Positions 31,820 to 46,190 of a DNA stretch of 64,000 bases are shown here, in pieces. The position numbers and the translations under genes are program-made. This stretch comes from Fimicolochytrium jonesii (Eukaryota): contig NW_026515695.1 in NCBI RefSeq assembly GCF_025526975.1, forward strand, positions 1 through 64,000, read 5' to 3'. Each line of letters begins with the position of its first letter. Position 1 is the stretch's first letter. Under the pieces are notes generated by a model. It saw nothing but the letters and a program-made list of their open reading frames with translations, had not been told where the DNA came from and ran no database searches.

Positions 31820-33368
31820 CAGGGGCCGAATCCGTATCCCGGGCAAGGGTATACGCCGGGGAATTGAGCCACTGCAGTGAGATGGACGGAGGGTCGGTGT
31901 TGGTATGCCATGGCCGATTCTGGGGATTGTCAAGGCCCAGTGAAGAACGAATCTATCTTCGCGCAGAGTCGAGGAAATGAAGTCGGCCAAGCAGCGCATC
32001 GAGGAACATAAAACAGCTGAATGCAAAATGCAGCAAAGTGCAGGAAGAGAAATTGGCGGAGGAGTCGCGACAAGTAAGAGTCGCAAGATCGACGAGCCGA
32101 AGCCGACAGTGCAGCAGAAAGAGAAAGTGGCTCAAGAGAGCATCGAGCAAATCGCAAGAGCAGGGCGGGTAGGCGAAGTGCACAGCGTGCAGGAAGGGAA
32201 GCTGGCTGACGAGCGAGTCGAACAGAAGTCCACAGAGCGGAGGAAGAGGAGACGCGTGAGGGACGCACCAAGGCCGCTTTGCTTTACGCGGATTCCAATC
32301 CTTCTCGACGGCGTATTGCCGAACCAAGCCACGCACACGCCTTGATTACTGCGATGAAATATCTTCATGCGGAGGAACGAACAGGTCTGACCACTCTCGC
32401 AGAAACTTCGTCGTCGGACCAGAGCAAATGCTCAGTCGCCCAAGCGATCCTCTCACCGAAAAGACCTTATTCGACGTCCGCCCCATCGAACACTCGACAG
32501 GCGGTTGCACGCACTCCTCCCGAACGGGGCAAAATGATCATCTTCATCAGGGCTGTTACCCGTGATCTAAACGTTATTCTTTCGGCCATCTAGCACGCCA
32601 CGAGACGGCCGCATGGTTGGACCTACAAAGCTCGCCTTCCACCCGCCCAGCATGCACCTTCGTTCATACACCGCGCCTTGTTTGGCAACCGCACTAAGAA
32701 CCCACCTACGAGAACCGGACACCCTACCGCCACTCCACGACTCCCATCCAGAGGGAGGTGCCGGGAGCCAGCCCGCCCCAACGTTAGAATACCCGCCACC
32801 CCGAACGCGTTTCGAAGATGTACAATAAAATCTGTAGATAGCACTTCGAGAACGTTACACACATCTCCCTGAGAGCTTGTACTCGAAACCCCCCTCACAC
32901 TCGATCATCGAACCCCCCATGCCCCGTCTAAGATCTAGTGTACAAAAAGAAATTGCGGATTGTAATCCGCCTGAGAATGAAGAGATGTGTATATGTAGAG
33001 GCGTGCCCAATAGACGGTTTGAATTGCACCTGTTGCTTTGAGTGAGTGAACGAGTGGAGCCAACTGGGAACTGAAACAGACGGCGTTCAATCTTGCCATT
33101 CATTGTGAGAATATATACATTCCGAGGGGTGCCAACTTCGAATCTATGTCAAAACCCCCTCACCCTACGCCCAAAGTGCGTCCTTGATCGGCATGGGCGG
33201 AACAAACCATGCATCGGTTCCTGTTCCACGACCAATTTCTTATGTAACCGCGTAAGCTAGGGTCCGGAGGCAGCGGGGAAGAGTACATAGCGTCATAGCA
33301 TAGAGAGGAGGGGTAGGTAGGTACATATACACCGCTGAACTCGTATAGGGACAAATGCTTTCGTGAAA

Positions 33369-34636
33369 CTACAGCTCGTTCCCGACGGTGACCCAGAAGT
33401 CTCTCAGGTTGTTCTTCCGGCCAAAGATCTCGAGGTACTTGCCTGGGGTGAGATGAGAGACGAGGGGACGAGAGGGGCGAGAAGGGGGTCAGTCACGGAA
33501 AGCAGGCAGCACCCCTCCTCAATCGACAGCCCATACCATTAGGAACCAGCTCCTCAATCATCTCATACAACTCCTCCGGCTTCTGACTCTGCCCCCTCCT
33601 CTGCGAGAAAATCACATCGCTCGCCACCCCGTGTCTGCACCCAGGCGGATCCGCCCCCTTGCGTCCAATCAAACACGTCTCCTTCGCATGTTGGAGGTAA
33701 TACCCATGCCCCTTTGCCATCCGCCTATTCACCGTCTGCTTAACCCAGGTGATATCGTCCACGTAAGTGTACCCCCAGCGCTCCATGAGTTCAAAAGCCT
33801 TGACGTATTTGTTGTTGATGACCCAGATGAAGATGAATCCGTTTTGCTGGAGGGTGGAGATGGGGAGGTCTTCGATGCAGGCGTCGGGGAGCTGTTGGTA
33901 GGCGATGGCGACGCCGCGGGTCGGGGCGTGCGAGGCGAGTTGCCACGGCGGGTCCATGAGGATGACGTCGAATTGGCAGGCGGCGGCGAGCAGGGGCCAT
34001 TCGAAGGTCATGACGTTGGTTTTGATGGGGACGCACCATTCCGGGGCGTCGAAGTTGGAGTAGTCTATGTCTGTGGGGTGGGGAGGGGTGTATGTTTGAA
34101 TGGTTGCTTGTTTGGATGGTTGAAACGATACCCTGCTCGCCTCGCTCCTCTCTCACACTCTCCATCTCACCTTCGTCATCAATCCCCTTCTCCTCTCCAT
34201 CACGCTCCCCATCCCTTTTCTCCACCCCATCATCAACAGCAACCCCCTTCAGTACCCTAACATCCTCCAACAAGGCATCAATCATAACCTGCAACTCCTC
34301 CTCCCTCTTTCGCAGTTTCTCGATAGGCCAATCAGCGGTGGGCATCAAATCGGTCTCCTCCTCGTCATCTTTCGAAAGCGCCGAAGAAGCGTTGGAAGCG
34401 TTGGAAGCCGTAGAGGAGGTGGGTTGCATAGCCTGTCGTTGCAAGGTATCCTTTCTGAGGGTGCTAAGAGTAGCTTTACTTGAGCCGCCGGCATGACGTT
34501 TGCGAGGGGTTGGTTTTGCCCTTGGTTGAGGTCGTTTACGAGCCCTTGTGCTGGTAGAGGTAGTTGTGTTGCTGGCAGAGCTTGCCTCGTCGTAGTCACT
34601 GCCACCGGAGTCGCTGTGGTTCGCGTCGGAGGACAT
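33369..34636 (-). CDS. AMT1: MT-A70 family adenine methyltransferase, AMT1/MTA1 (DNA 6mA, ApT) type
   Basis: FDVILMDPPWQLASHAPTRGVAIAY; FIWVIN; GHGYYLQHAKETCLIG; RRGQSQKPEE; YLEIFGRKNN. Introns 34071-34131 and 33443-33536. Confidence 0.85.
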
Positions 34637-35234
34637 TGCGGGTAGCTAGCTAGCTCTGAAGTTGTGGGGGGAAGAAGCTCTGTTGGAGTTTGCCAGGGGG
34701 GGGGGTTGGCAGAGGTGGTTGTTGAGCGGGTTTAGCGGGAGGTTGCAACCGCCGAGCGGGGGTGAAATCAGAAGGGCGTCCGGACGAGTCGGACAAGTCG
34801 GACAAGGCGCAGTGCGGGTTGCGTGCGGGCTCTTCAAGTGCGGGTTGGGAAGCGCGTGCGGGTCCACTCCCACTCCCATCACTCTCCTGAGTCTCCTGCG
34901 CGTCTCCTCCCTCCAGGCCAAATGCCAAATGCATGATGACTCTGATGAGGGATGGATGATGACCAACAGGACGCCCAAGCCACCCGGTTGAGATGGCCCC
35001 CCCTGGCATTGCAGACAGACAGACGTAACGTAAACGCTCCTTCACGCTCTCGCTCAGCGTTGTCAAGCCCCCACTCATCAGCGTTCTCACGCTCATCTCG
35101 CACCGAGCACTGCTCCCCAAACTGGCATCGGCGCACTCTGACTCGGTCCGCACGCTTTTCTGGAGTATCCGCTCAAACTCGTCTATAACGACCATCCCTC
35201 ACGCGACTTTCTTGGCAGAACTCACAGCAACACG

Positions 35235-36696
35235 ATGAGTTGGAAGGGATTTCAGAAAGCCGTGACGCGGCTTCCCACAAAGTTGGCGCAGGCCACAGGC
35301 TATGCATCCGAAACCGTCGACGACGAGTTCGTCGCGTTAAACGAGCAGTTCAAACGAGTCGAGCTTCTCGCGCGGAAACTCACAGACGACGCGAAAAAGT
35401 TCAAGGACTCCCTCTCCGCCATGTTGGCGCACCAGGCCAGATTCGCGGAAACTTTGGTGGAAGTCTACCGGCCTGTGCAAGCCGTCGGGGCAGGAGGCTC
35501 GCCTGTCGCGCAAGGTAACCCCGACCTCGACGACGAAACGCAGGCCGCGTCACCTGGGTCAAACCTGAAGCCAAATACACAGCACCCGCAATCTTTCGCT
35601 GCCGCCGAGGCGTTTGTACGATCAATGAGAGCAGCACGCGAAGAACTCCTACCAGACCTCGACGTCATCGAGCGCCAAGTGGTCGCGCCCGCCTTAGACT
35701 ACATCGCCCTAATCAACAACGTCAAACGCATCCTCGAGAAGCGCTCGCGAAAACTAGTCGACTACGACCGCCACAAGGACTCGGTCAAAAAACTGCAAGC
35801 CAAACCCGACCGCAATCTCTCCGACGAAAAACGTCTGAGCAGCCTCGAAGCACAGCTCGACCAAGCCACGCGCGAGTTCAACAACGTCGACAACATCGTC
35901 CGCCAGGAACTGCCTATCTTCCTCGGCCTGCGCACACAGTTCATCGATCCGTGTTTTCAGACTCTGTACTGGTACGAGCTCAAAGTCGTCGAGGCGCTCA
36001 ACCGCCACTTCTCGGATCTGTGCCATGAGAACGGCTTTGACGCGTCGCAGCCGCCTTTGGTAGCCTTCGAGGCCAAATTCGAAGGAATAATGGAAGCCTT
36101 GAAGGAACTCACGCTGGCCAACAGGGGCGCCCTCAAGCGCCCTGCGGTCAACTACCAGAACCCAGAGGAAGGCTATGAGGAAGGCGGCGGGGAAGCGCCC
36201 GCTGAAGCCTTTGCGCCAGAAGACGAGCACCTCCCAGCCTACGAAGAACCCAACGGCGCCAAGGGAGGATACCCCTCAAGTCCATCAAAATCAAACACGA
36301 CGTATAAAGCTTACGCGGGCCCTTCGTCCTCGGCGGCCAGCATCGCTGCAGCGGCTATGGCTGCACGTGGTCAGACTCCACCTGCTGCTGCTTCTGCTGG
36401 TGCATCCTCAGCTACACGCGCTGCCCCGCCATCGACGACACCACGCACGAGTTTTGTGATTGCGTTGTATGATTTTGATGGCGCTGAGGAGGGTGATTTG
36501 GCGTTCAAGGTACTGTCGGGAATATTTCACTTACTCGCATCACCACGATCACTGACATTTGCGTTTCTGCAATCATTAACAGAAAGACGACAAGATCGAA
36601 GTCCTCGAACGCACCCCGGACACCAACGACTGGTGGAGAGGCAAATGCAAAGGCGTCACGGGCCAGTTCCCTGGGAATTACGTTTCTGATCTTTGA
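35235..36696 (+). CDS. RVS167: BAR-SH3 amphiphysin, Rvs167-like
   Basis: [25 protein letters not shown]3 ALYDFDG…GDLAFK, intron 36510-36582, then DWWRG…FPGNYV. Confidence 0.9.
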
Positions 36697-37126
36697 GCGG
36701 AGATGGGGAGGCAGGAATACACTTTCTTGCGAGATGTTCTCTTTTTTGCATTATCGCTTCAACGTCGCAGGTGGAGGAACTTTTGGAGACAGGGAGCAGT
36801 ATCTTTTTGGTTGGAACATGGGGTGTGGGAGGGGAAGGACGGCTGCGAGTCATTGTAACATGTGCTTCTGTTCGTTTGCGCCATACATCGCGGTATCCAA
36901 TCGAAGGCACAGAATGCGCATTCGTGCTCAGAAGAAATGTTCGCGAGATGTGCGTGTCGCGGAATTCTTGACAGCTTTTGCTCTCACGTCACCCGCAGGC
37001 AAAGGGACATGAACTTTCACAAACTGTGTTCAAAACGCAGCACATTAAGCCTCACCACAGAGCAGGACTTTCGATAATATCCTTCAAGAGCCGGCTTCCC
37101 TAGCAACAGCGCACAGGTACCCAGCC

Positions 37127-38992
37127 ATGATGGGCGCCCACCTCCCCCCCGTCCGCTACCCCACCCTCGACGCCTACCTCAGCGCAACCCTCCCCCAATG
37201 GACTGGCACCGACCAGCCCTCCCTCGACAAGATCCAAGCCCTATTCCGCAAGTTCCCGCCAACCCGAACCAAGCTGACCGCGCCGGCGTGGGATCAGAAG
37301 ATGACGTTCTGGCGAAAAGTGCTGTTGGAAAGTTGTGCGCTGGGATTGTTGGGCGAGCATTTGTCGTGTTTTGATACGGAGGGGTTGGAGGAGAGGTTCA
37401 AGAAGGGCGGGGTGAGGCCTGAGGGGTTGGGTGTGGTTTTGGTGGGTTTGTGAGGGGCCGATGCAGCTGTCTTTCTACCAGCGTTGGACATTCGAAGTTC
37501 TGGGAACTGATGCTGGCCAATTTCGACAGGGTGAAATGATCAAGAACGGAGAGCTCGTGCCGCTGGCGACCTTCAAGCGGACAGAAGGGTGGGGATCATG
37601 GGCGCTCTCCAAACTGGTCGTGGCACCCATATCGTGGGGTATCTCGCAAGTCATGGGATCAGCGAAGAATACGGCGGTGGACGTACCGAGAGGGGCGTAT
37701 GTCGTTCCGTCCGTTGTCAAGGTGCGATACTTGACTAGCAAAGACATGATTTGCCCGTGCGCATCGGGCCGCAGACGGAACTAATCGTCGCCTGGTATGG
37801 TCGAAATAGGACTCGTCCGACACGTTTCTGATCAACCTGCGGAACGAAGCGCAATACGCAGTGGACCACGTCATGAGCCAGGCCGATTTCGAGGCGCAAC
37901 TGGTAGAGGAGAGCAGCCGGAACGGGCGCAAACCGTCGGACCTCGACATGGATCTGGCGAGGACGTTTATGGAGAGGAACGGGGATCTTTTGTTTGAGGA
38001 GGGTGGAATGAGCAAGGACGAAGGGGTGAGCTTGGATGCCGAAAGACTTCCCCGGAGGGAAGGAAGAGTGAAAGTTGCTGATGGAATGTTGAATATCATT
38101 ATGAAAGATTGTCAAGATCAAGCCAGCGCAGGACAAGTCGAACTCGAAGTTCGCTATTGGTGATACCGACCGTGGGATCGTGAAGATGAAGACCACCGTC
38201 AAGATGCTGCATATCCAGGTGGACGAACTCGAGGCAAAGACGGACGAGTAAGTAAAACACTCATACGTCGAAACAATAATCCCACATGAAAGGGGTCTCT
38301 AACCCCATCGCCACCCCCAACCTTTTCCCCCCAGTCTCACAAAAAAAGCCAAAGAGCGTCTCCGCGTCGGTCAAAAAGAACGCGCACTCTACCACATCCG
38401 CCAAAAAAAAGCCCTCACAGATCTCTTGAAAAAGCGCATCAACTCCCTCGAAACCATCGAAGGCATCATCGCCAAGATCCAGACCGCCGAGACCGAATCC
38501 GACGTGCTCGCCGCCTACTCCCTCGGCTCCACCTCCTTGAAATCCTTCATGGCCTCGTCTGGCTTGACCGCCGATAACGTTGAGGAGACGATGGATGCGT
38601 TGCAGGATACGCTTGCGGACCAGGCGGAGATTGATATTGCGTTGGAGAGCGGGCAGAATGCGGTGTTGGCGCAGCAGGGGGTGGCGGATGAGGATGAGTT
38701 GGAGGATGAGTTGGAGGAGCTGTTGAGAGAGCAGTTGAGGGAGAGGTTGCCGAATGTGCCGACTGCGGAGCCGGTTGGGGTCCAGGTACCGCAGCGGTAC
38801 ACGCAGCAGCCACAACAGCAACAACAACCGCAGCAGCAGCAGCAGCAGCAGCAACCATCCATTGCGAAAAAGACAGGACGGGAAGAAGAGTTTGCGGCCC
38901 TTGACGCCGAACTCGACGCGATGCTCTTGGCGGAAACAAAAGCCGCTTCGAAACCCAAACCCGCTGGAGAACCGGCGATGCTTCCCGCATAA
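37127..38992 (+). CDS. CHMP7/Chm7-like ESCRT-II/III hybrid, multi-exon
   Basis: N-terminal KMTFW…G..P.GL..VL and WGSW segments (winged-helix-like); Snf7 domain LETIEGII..I.TA….VL.AY..G…L; VEETMD; DELEDELEEL. Confidence 0.8.
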
Positions 38993-40938
38993 GTTAGGAG
39001 ATAGGATGGCGCTTTCCTGGTGCCCCACCTGTTGCCACGATAGAAAGCTTTTCATCGGAACTGCACCTTACCCAGCGTCCTTGCGCTGTTCTTCATACGT
39101 ATGTGCACAGTGGCGATCGCTTAGACGCCACAGTATGACCTTCTATTTTATTTGCGTCGTGTTTTTGTACATAGACTTTCCTTTTTACGCATTTTTGTGT
39201 TTTTTCTCCAATTGGCTTACTTTTGCAAAACCCACTTTTACATATACTGTGCTACCATTTGCACACTTAACCGGTTCCCGTGACCAAATGTCTCCTCATT
39301 AGCAAAACCTGTTTGTCGCGGGCGCTGCAGCAGCGGAGAAGCTGGCTACAGTTTGGGTTAGATATAAGAACCAGGCATACAAACCCGGCCAGAGCTTCAC
39401 GCCATAATGAGGAACTCCTTCACCAAGCCCGAGAGGTTGCTTCTGAGGTGATGGGGGATCAAGTGAGTGGTGGAGCGAAGGCAAAGTGGAATAACGGGCT
39501 CAATGGACGAAGGGCTTGATGGACAAGGAGGCTGAAAGAGACATCGGTTCCATATCTGCCGCAATGAGCAAGCATGGAGTCGACTGGAAAAGTGCGCATT
39601 GCCTACGCTTTCAATGGCGATGCGGTCTTGACGGAACTTCGCACAGTGCATGCACACCTACCATTCTCAGTTCATGATTTCGGTGCTTCTCAGCGTGATA
39701 CAGGTAATTCTTTCCTTTTCGGTCATTCTTTTCAAGGTAACGAAGGATGGAAAAAAACTCACGAGGGGGGACTTCTGACGTGGCAAGACTGATATTATTT
39801 TTGACTACATACATCCAACGCTGCCAAGTGGAACGGGGAGACTAGACTACGCCAAGTTGCTAACCAAAAAAACCATTTCGAAAATCAATCACACCTCCTT
39901 CATGTTGAGCGGGAAGAACACGAAAACCCCGGGGCTCTTGATGCGTGGTCTTGTTCAGGACTGGCCGCCGCGCTCGGCAGCCCTCTGCGCGCCGATCTCG
40001 GCCTCCTTCGCGGGGTCGATTTTTTCGCCCGTGCGTTTTTCGTGGAGCTGTGTCGGGGAAGCGGAGTGGGGAAGGGGTCAGGATTGGGGGTGACAGGTGG
40101 GGAATTGGGGGTTTGGATGGGGACGATGAAACATGCCTTGGCAAACTCTTCGGCCGCGTGCATCCTTCCTTCTTCGGTGTTGCTGGGGTTGTGGGCAGCA
40201 GCCTGCAGAACAATCACAGGAAATGCGGTGATGAGCTTCTACTTACAAGTAGGAGCGTATTCCAAGCAGAGCAACACGGGCACACTCCTCTCACCTTGAA
40301 CGAACGCTCCCGGCGAGAGTCCTCGTCGTGCGTCTCGATGTGCTTGACTTGCGACTGGTCGGCGGACATTTCTGTTTTGCTTTTGAGTGAGGTTTTTACG
40401 ACGTTGCTAGAGAGATTTTGGATGATGTGTTTTCGATGGTTCTCTGTTGTGCATGGAGGGCGAACGGGAGGCAGAACGGGAGCTCTTTATACAGTATGCG
40501 AGGGAGAAGGAGTTGAGGAGGTCGAATGGAGTATGACGGATGCATGAAGATTGTGTTTTTCTTTCTCCTCTGCCTCGTGTCCCCAAGGTGCTCCACGTAT
40601 CCTTTTGTGGAGAGGTATGCATTGCAGAGAGCGTTTGACAGCTTCCCCCGAATTTGGCCGCTTCACAATGAGTCGGCCGCATATGGGTATATGTGAGTTC
40701 CTGGAGATCTCCGCGAATACTGTCGCCGACGTGACGTGGAGTTACGAGGTGCTCCCCTCTTTCCTCATGCAGATTTCGTTGGTTCAACGTCAGGCCTGGG
40801 AACGGGGGGTAACAGCGTATGACAGCAAGTGACAGGACTGTGCGAGTCGCCGTGAACTAGTGATGACGTGAGCAGTGCCGTCAATTTTCGAGTTTTCGAG
40901 CATTCACCGTTTTTGGATGTGAAATAAGAACACTATTT

Positions 40939-43649
40939 CATGGACGAAGATCGAGCGAAGGCCATCTGCGATTCACTGTATGTTATGCAGATCATTCCTT
41001 TTGGACAGCGGCGTTAAAGCGCTATTGAATCGCGGCTTCTGCAAATGAAGAAAGCGAGTTTGAAGGTTTTAGTAAGAATAAGGTTTTTAATCGATCCCCC
41101 CCTCTGCCCCATGAAAGGACATCGCTATCCGTGAACGAAAATAGAACGTTTGGCATCAGGTAGTCCTGCAGTGGGTTTTCTTGCTGGCAACGATCTCATA
41201 TGGCTCCCGAAATGAACAGGAACGTGCAGAATCGAAGGCATATTGACGAGGCCCGCGGATGCTTGCATGCCGACCCTTGCTCCTTGGATGTGGGCGAGTT
41301 CCCGTCCGAAAGTCCTGCGGCAGGCCGGAATTATCATTGCATCTGCTCGTAAGCTTTGCCGAGGCTTTGTGCCCACTCGTGCATGATATGATGATGAGAT
41401 CTGGAGCATATGATATGCGCAGCCCTGAGCGTAGGCTTGAATGCGGGCTGAGGGCCGAAGAGAAGCAACGTGACGTGATTCTCACTCATGCTCGGCCTTC
41501 CACACAACCCCTTTTCGGCTCTCGCATTTCGCACCAACATTGGGCCACCTTGCCAACAGAAACCGCCACGCTCCACATTTACTTCCCTTTGACACAGGGA
41601 AACAGCAGTACCCTCGGTTCTTTCCTCCCCATCTGACCCGCGGTCGTCAAAACCAACCTTGTAAAAAGCCAAAGCGCGGCTCAAACCCTCCTGTCGAAGC
41701 CGATCTCTATCGCTCGTCGCTCGAAATATACCACAATTTCGGTCAAACCACCATATCGCAGAGGCCATGCACTCCTCAGCGCAGACGCCGCAGTCCTTGC
41801 GGGAGATAATAGGATACTCGCAGCAGATTCTCAAACGACATAAGGAGAAGCAAGGGAGTAGAGATGCTTGTCTAGGTGAGCACACGCTCGTTCGTGGTCA
41901 AGGTGACAGAATTCTCCCTGGAGCTGTGTGGCCTTCCTGGCTCTGGTGGGGTATTGGCTTTTTGCTTTTCAGTCCACTATTCTGATACCTCCGATTTCTT
42001 CAACGTGACAGAACTCGAGAGCACCATGAAGATTGTGCATGACAGGGCACTGCAGCTGAAAAATTCACTAAACATGCAAAGAGAACACGTACTATCCAAT
42101 GAACACGTTGCTCAAAGACAGGTCTGTTTCTCGCAGACGCATGGGGTGCTTCCCGGAGATTGCCAGGACTGACCTTTCTTTACAGCGGGTACGACAGCTC
42201 AAGCGGGAGACACAGAGAAAGGAGGATTCGATCGAGCGCTATAGTAGATTGATGACTGATTGGGAGTCCTCTCTCGCGAATCTGTCCTGCAACATGGACA
42301 TGTCACTGTCGCGTGGACTCCCGGAAGGCCATGGCTCGTCAGTTCCACCGAGCGCAGATGAACACGGAGAAGATGACGAAATAATCAAGACGGAGAGTCG
42401 ATTCGAAGCGCAGTATGAAGAGTTGGACGATGTGGACGACAATCCGTACGATGCTGGTGGGGACGATCGGATTTTAGCGGGCGGGATGCTGCCGTCTTTC
42501 GCCAGCAGCGGGCCAATGAGCAGTCAGCCGCCAGCGATCGTCAATGGCATGGGGGACATGCTCCTAACGGCAAACGATCTTCTGTCGGCAAATTTGGGTG
42601 GAACTTTAACGACGTATGGGGGGACGCAGGCCGATGATCTTCTGGGTGGGAGTTTTGGAACATCGATGGCTTTCCTGCCAATGAACCTTGATGATTTGTC
42701 TGGACATGGCGGGCCAGGCCGGTTTGGAACAAGTGCAGTGAGCATGCTAGGGGCATCTACGACTGCAATAGCCCCGATAACCCCTACTGTCGTTGACCAA
42801 TCTCACAACTTCTTCGACCTAACGGGAGGTGCAGATGGTCTGAACGGCCTGGGGCAACTCACGGGTGCGGAGGGAACCGGTGCCGATACAGATTTTCTCA
42901 ACTCATCCGATCTGGTTGACATGTCAGCCATGGATCTCGACCTAGGGATGGTGGGTGCAGGAGGGGCAACGAATGACACAGATGCTCTCCTCAGGGCAAC
43001 CCCACGAATGAACATGCAGATTCCCGATGATAGCGCGACAGCAAACGCCATCACCAACATGGCGGGTCTTACGGCTACTCTAGGCTTCTCCAATCCCGGC
43101 GTATCTTCCGCACAAGACGCCTTAGTCCCCAACGCCGATTTCAACACCTCGTATACCAGCAATCCGATGACGACAGACACCGGCGATCCCATGGGGATGT
43201 TGGATTGGAACATGGGCGATGTGGGCGGCGGGGACTGGGCCTCCCTAGCCTTCGACGGGTCCCTAGACGACGGAGGCGGGATCGGCGGGTTCAGCGGCGA
43301 CTTCGGCGGCGGCGGAAGTACCAGCGGGTTCGATGGCGGCGGAGGAGGAACCGGCGGGATGTCTGGGTTGACGTCGATGTTTGGAACGCCGACACTCCTG
43401 CCGGCATCGACGAACGTGAATAATCCGGCTATCACGACGTCGGCGGGTCAAAGCGTTATGCTCACTGGGTTTCCGCTACCTCAGGATCCACCGTCGAGTA
43501 GTGAGACGGCCGCGACTCCTGGTAATGAGAACCCGTCCGGGCTGGACGATCCTGCCAATGACGCCAGTTTGGGCGCGTTGTTGGATGGAGGGTTGCTGAC
43601 TGGCACCTCGGCCGCCGATTTCTTTGAGGAGTTCATGAATGTCCAGTGA
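40939..43649 (+). CDS. Hypothetical multi-exon protein with coiled-coil and long acidic Gly/Asp/Met tail (start uncertain)
   Basis: Coding-like exons near 41767-41876, 42012-42121 and 42187-43649 with GT-AG boundaries; 5' exons poorly defined. Confidence 0.5.
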
Positions 43650-44249
43650 AACAAAGAGAAGTCATCTGCGTGGTCGGCGGAAATGAATCTGGCTGTTTGC
43701 TGGCCAAATGATACGAGCTCATATCCCCCCTTATGTGTTTTCTGGTCGGTAGCTATCCCTTCATATATATCCCCATGGCAATACCATCAAACATACCACA
43801 CAGCTCATGTCGTAGTTATTCACGTCTGAAGAGAGTTCGTATGCAGGAAAATTCAATCAATAAGAGTTCGCGGAGAGCGTGCGGGAACTCGCACGTAATG
43901 CACATGCTCGTGACAAAAATGTGTGCTGTATTGAGTAGTCCCAATGCAGAAGCCTGAATGCATAAATGTCGCTTTCCGGACCCCGTTGTCCCTTCGTCTT
44001 CATCTCCCCAGCCCGTACCCACCGTCCTCTTCACCACCTAAGTCTATCCAGTGCCATAAACAAGCAAGGCTGTGCTCCCAAAATTCTCCGCGGACACCCG
44101 CGCCACCAAACAAATAGGCGAAGATCTCTTCGCCTACAACCGATGCCATCTTCAGTCGCAAAATGCAGCAGCAAATTGCATTTCCAAAAAAGCGCGCCGA
44201 ACTCCCAAAAAGCAAGCAAGAAAACCGAAAATAATCCGACTTCCTTCTT

Positions 44250-45619
44250 TCAAAACTCCCTAAACTTTTCTCTGTGAGGGTCCGCGCACACGATCCCATA
44301 CGGCTCATAGTCCTCGGGATAAGCGTCGAAATTGCTCGTGTCCCCTTCGCCCTTGAGTGGCGGGGTGTACGGTGGCTGAATCTGCAGGGCCCTAAGGGCG
44401 ACCCAATCGACGCCCACGAACCATTTATGTTTCTTGATGTCGTTGACCCCGCCTTTCAAGTTGCCGTAGCGCTTGGTGAGGTCGGCTTGGAGGAGGCGTT
44501 TGACGAGGTCTTTGGCTGCTGGGTCAAAGTGGTTGGGGAATTTCACCTTGCAGGCGAGGATCTTTTCGTAGAGTTTGAAGTGGTCTTCGTCGTAGAAGGG
44601 TGGGTGGCCGGCGAGCATCTGACGGGGAAGCAGATTCGTTAAATCGTAACTTCCAGCCCCGGTGCATGAGAGCAGGTGATGCTCACCTCATAGATCAAGA
44701 TCCCGAGCGCCCACCAGTCAACAGCGCGGCCATAACCTCTCGACTGGATGATTTCTGGGGCAAGGTAATCCGGCGTGCCGCAAAGCGTCCATGTGACATC
44801 AGGCACATGTTTAGCGAAGCCAAAGTCGGTGATTTTGATGTTGCCTTTCGCATCGATCAACAAGTTCTCCGGCTTCAAGTCGCGGTAAATGATGTCCTTG
44901 GCGTGCAGATGCTCAAATGCCATTACCACCTCCGCTGCATAGAATTTGGCTACATGGTTTGGAAAGCGCTAGCAAGGCAGAAACAAAGTCACGTGAGCAC
45001 TAATCCCCCTCATCCGTTTCTGTCGCATGGCATTACATCGCCAGCAAGAAAGCACTCACCCCACATCTCCGCAGATACGAGAACAGCTCCCCACCCTGCA
45101 CATACTCCATGACAAAATACAAATTGGCATAATCCTGAAACGTCCCTAACATCGAGACCAAAAATGGGAAATCCAGCTGCTCCAAAATATGCTTCTCGTT
45201 CACGGTATGCTCGATCTGCTTCATCTTGACGATCTCCGTCTTCTTCAGCACCTTCATGGCGTAATATTTCCCCGTTGAGCGGAGTCGGACTAGATGCACC
45301 CGACCGAATGAGCCGGTGCCGAGTGTGCGGTCGAGGTGGAAATCGGCGAGCGAGAATTTTGGACGGCCTTTGGGCTGTTGCGGTGTTGCGCCGGGAAGAC
45401 TCGGCAGGACCTACATACGGCGATACGGCCGGTGATGGCAGAAAACATGAGCATCATCTTCCCGTTTTCTCACGCGTTCTTCGCCTGCTACTCGTTTATG
45501 CGCCTCCTGCCTATGGCACCTACTCGCTCTCGCTCCAAAATGCCGTATCTCACCTTGGCTCCCCTGTTAGGGTCTACGATATCCATCGGGACGACCCCGG
45601 TCGAGAAAGCCGTGGTCAT
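44250..45619 (-). CDS. PKA-C: cAMP-dependent protein kinase catalytic subunit
   Basis: [57 protein letters not shown]; terminal FREF. Start codon uncertain. Confidence 0.95.
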
Positions 45620-46190
45620 CGCGGAGCTACCGTCGCCGAGCAGAGCCACAAGGAGCTGCTCCAAAGCGGTCGTTCGGGTTCCGCCCTTCAGGAGACTGCT
45701 TCGTACCAGTGAAGTGGCCCACTATATGAGAAAGTCTGAGCGCCTTGCCTTTGAGGTGAATGCAAGTGCAATTGGAATTCTCCCCCGGCCAAGTGTTCCA
45801 AATGTAAAGACAAAGGATTACTAATGCCGTATCCCTGCTCAGTGCTTGCCGACACACAGCTAATAGCAATAGAGCTGTTTGGATGTGAGTCGAAGGCCTT
45901 GGCCTTTCGGACGTATTCGCGAACCTTTTCCAACTGTGGCGGAGGAGAGTTTCGCCTGGTTCAAGGCGCGGTGCAAGACTTGAAGCCGATTGTGGGAAAC
46001 GCGAGTTCCATTCAGCGCATTTTGTCACCGTATTACGCCTGCACGGCAAAGTATGCACCCGTACCCCACGGTGGAGCCTACCCCCCCACCATGCTATCAT
46101 ATCTAAATAATCTATGTATGTACGATCCGCACCGTCTTCAAATAATCCAATCCAACCTATGGCCCACTCCCACTATCTTCCGAAATTCCC

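Noticed and set aside
14516..38992. Functional cluster of membrane-remodelling genes (Vps20, Rvs167, Chm7)
   Set aside because: They are interspersed with unrelated genes; chance synteny is sufficient.
39280..40830. Possible small spliced gene(s)
   Set aside because: Fragments look partly coding, but I could not build a consistent exon chain or recognise a family.
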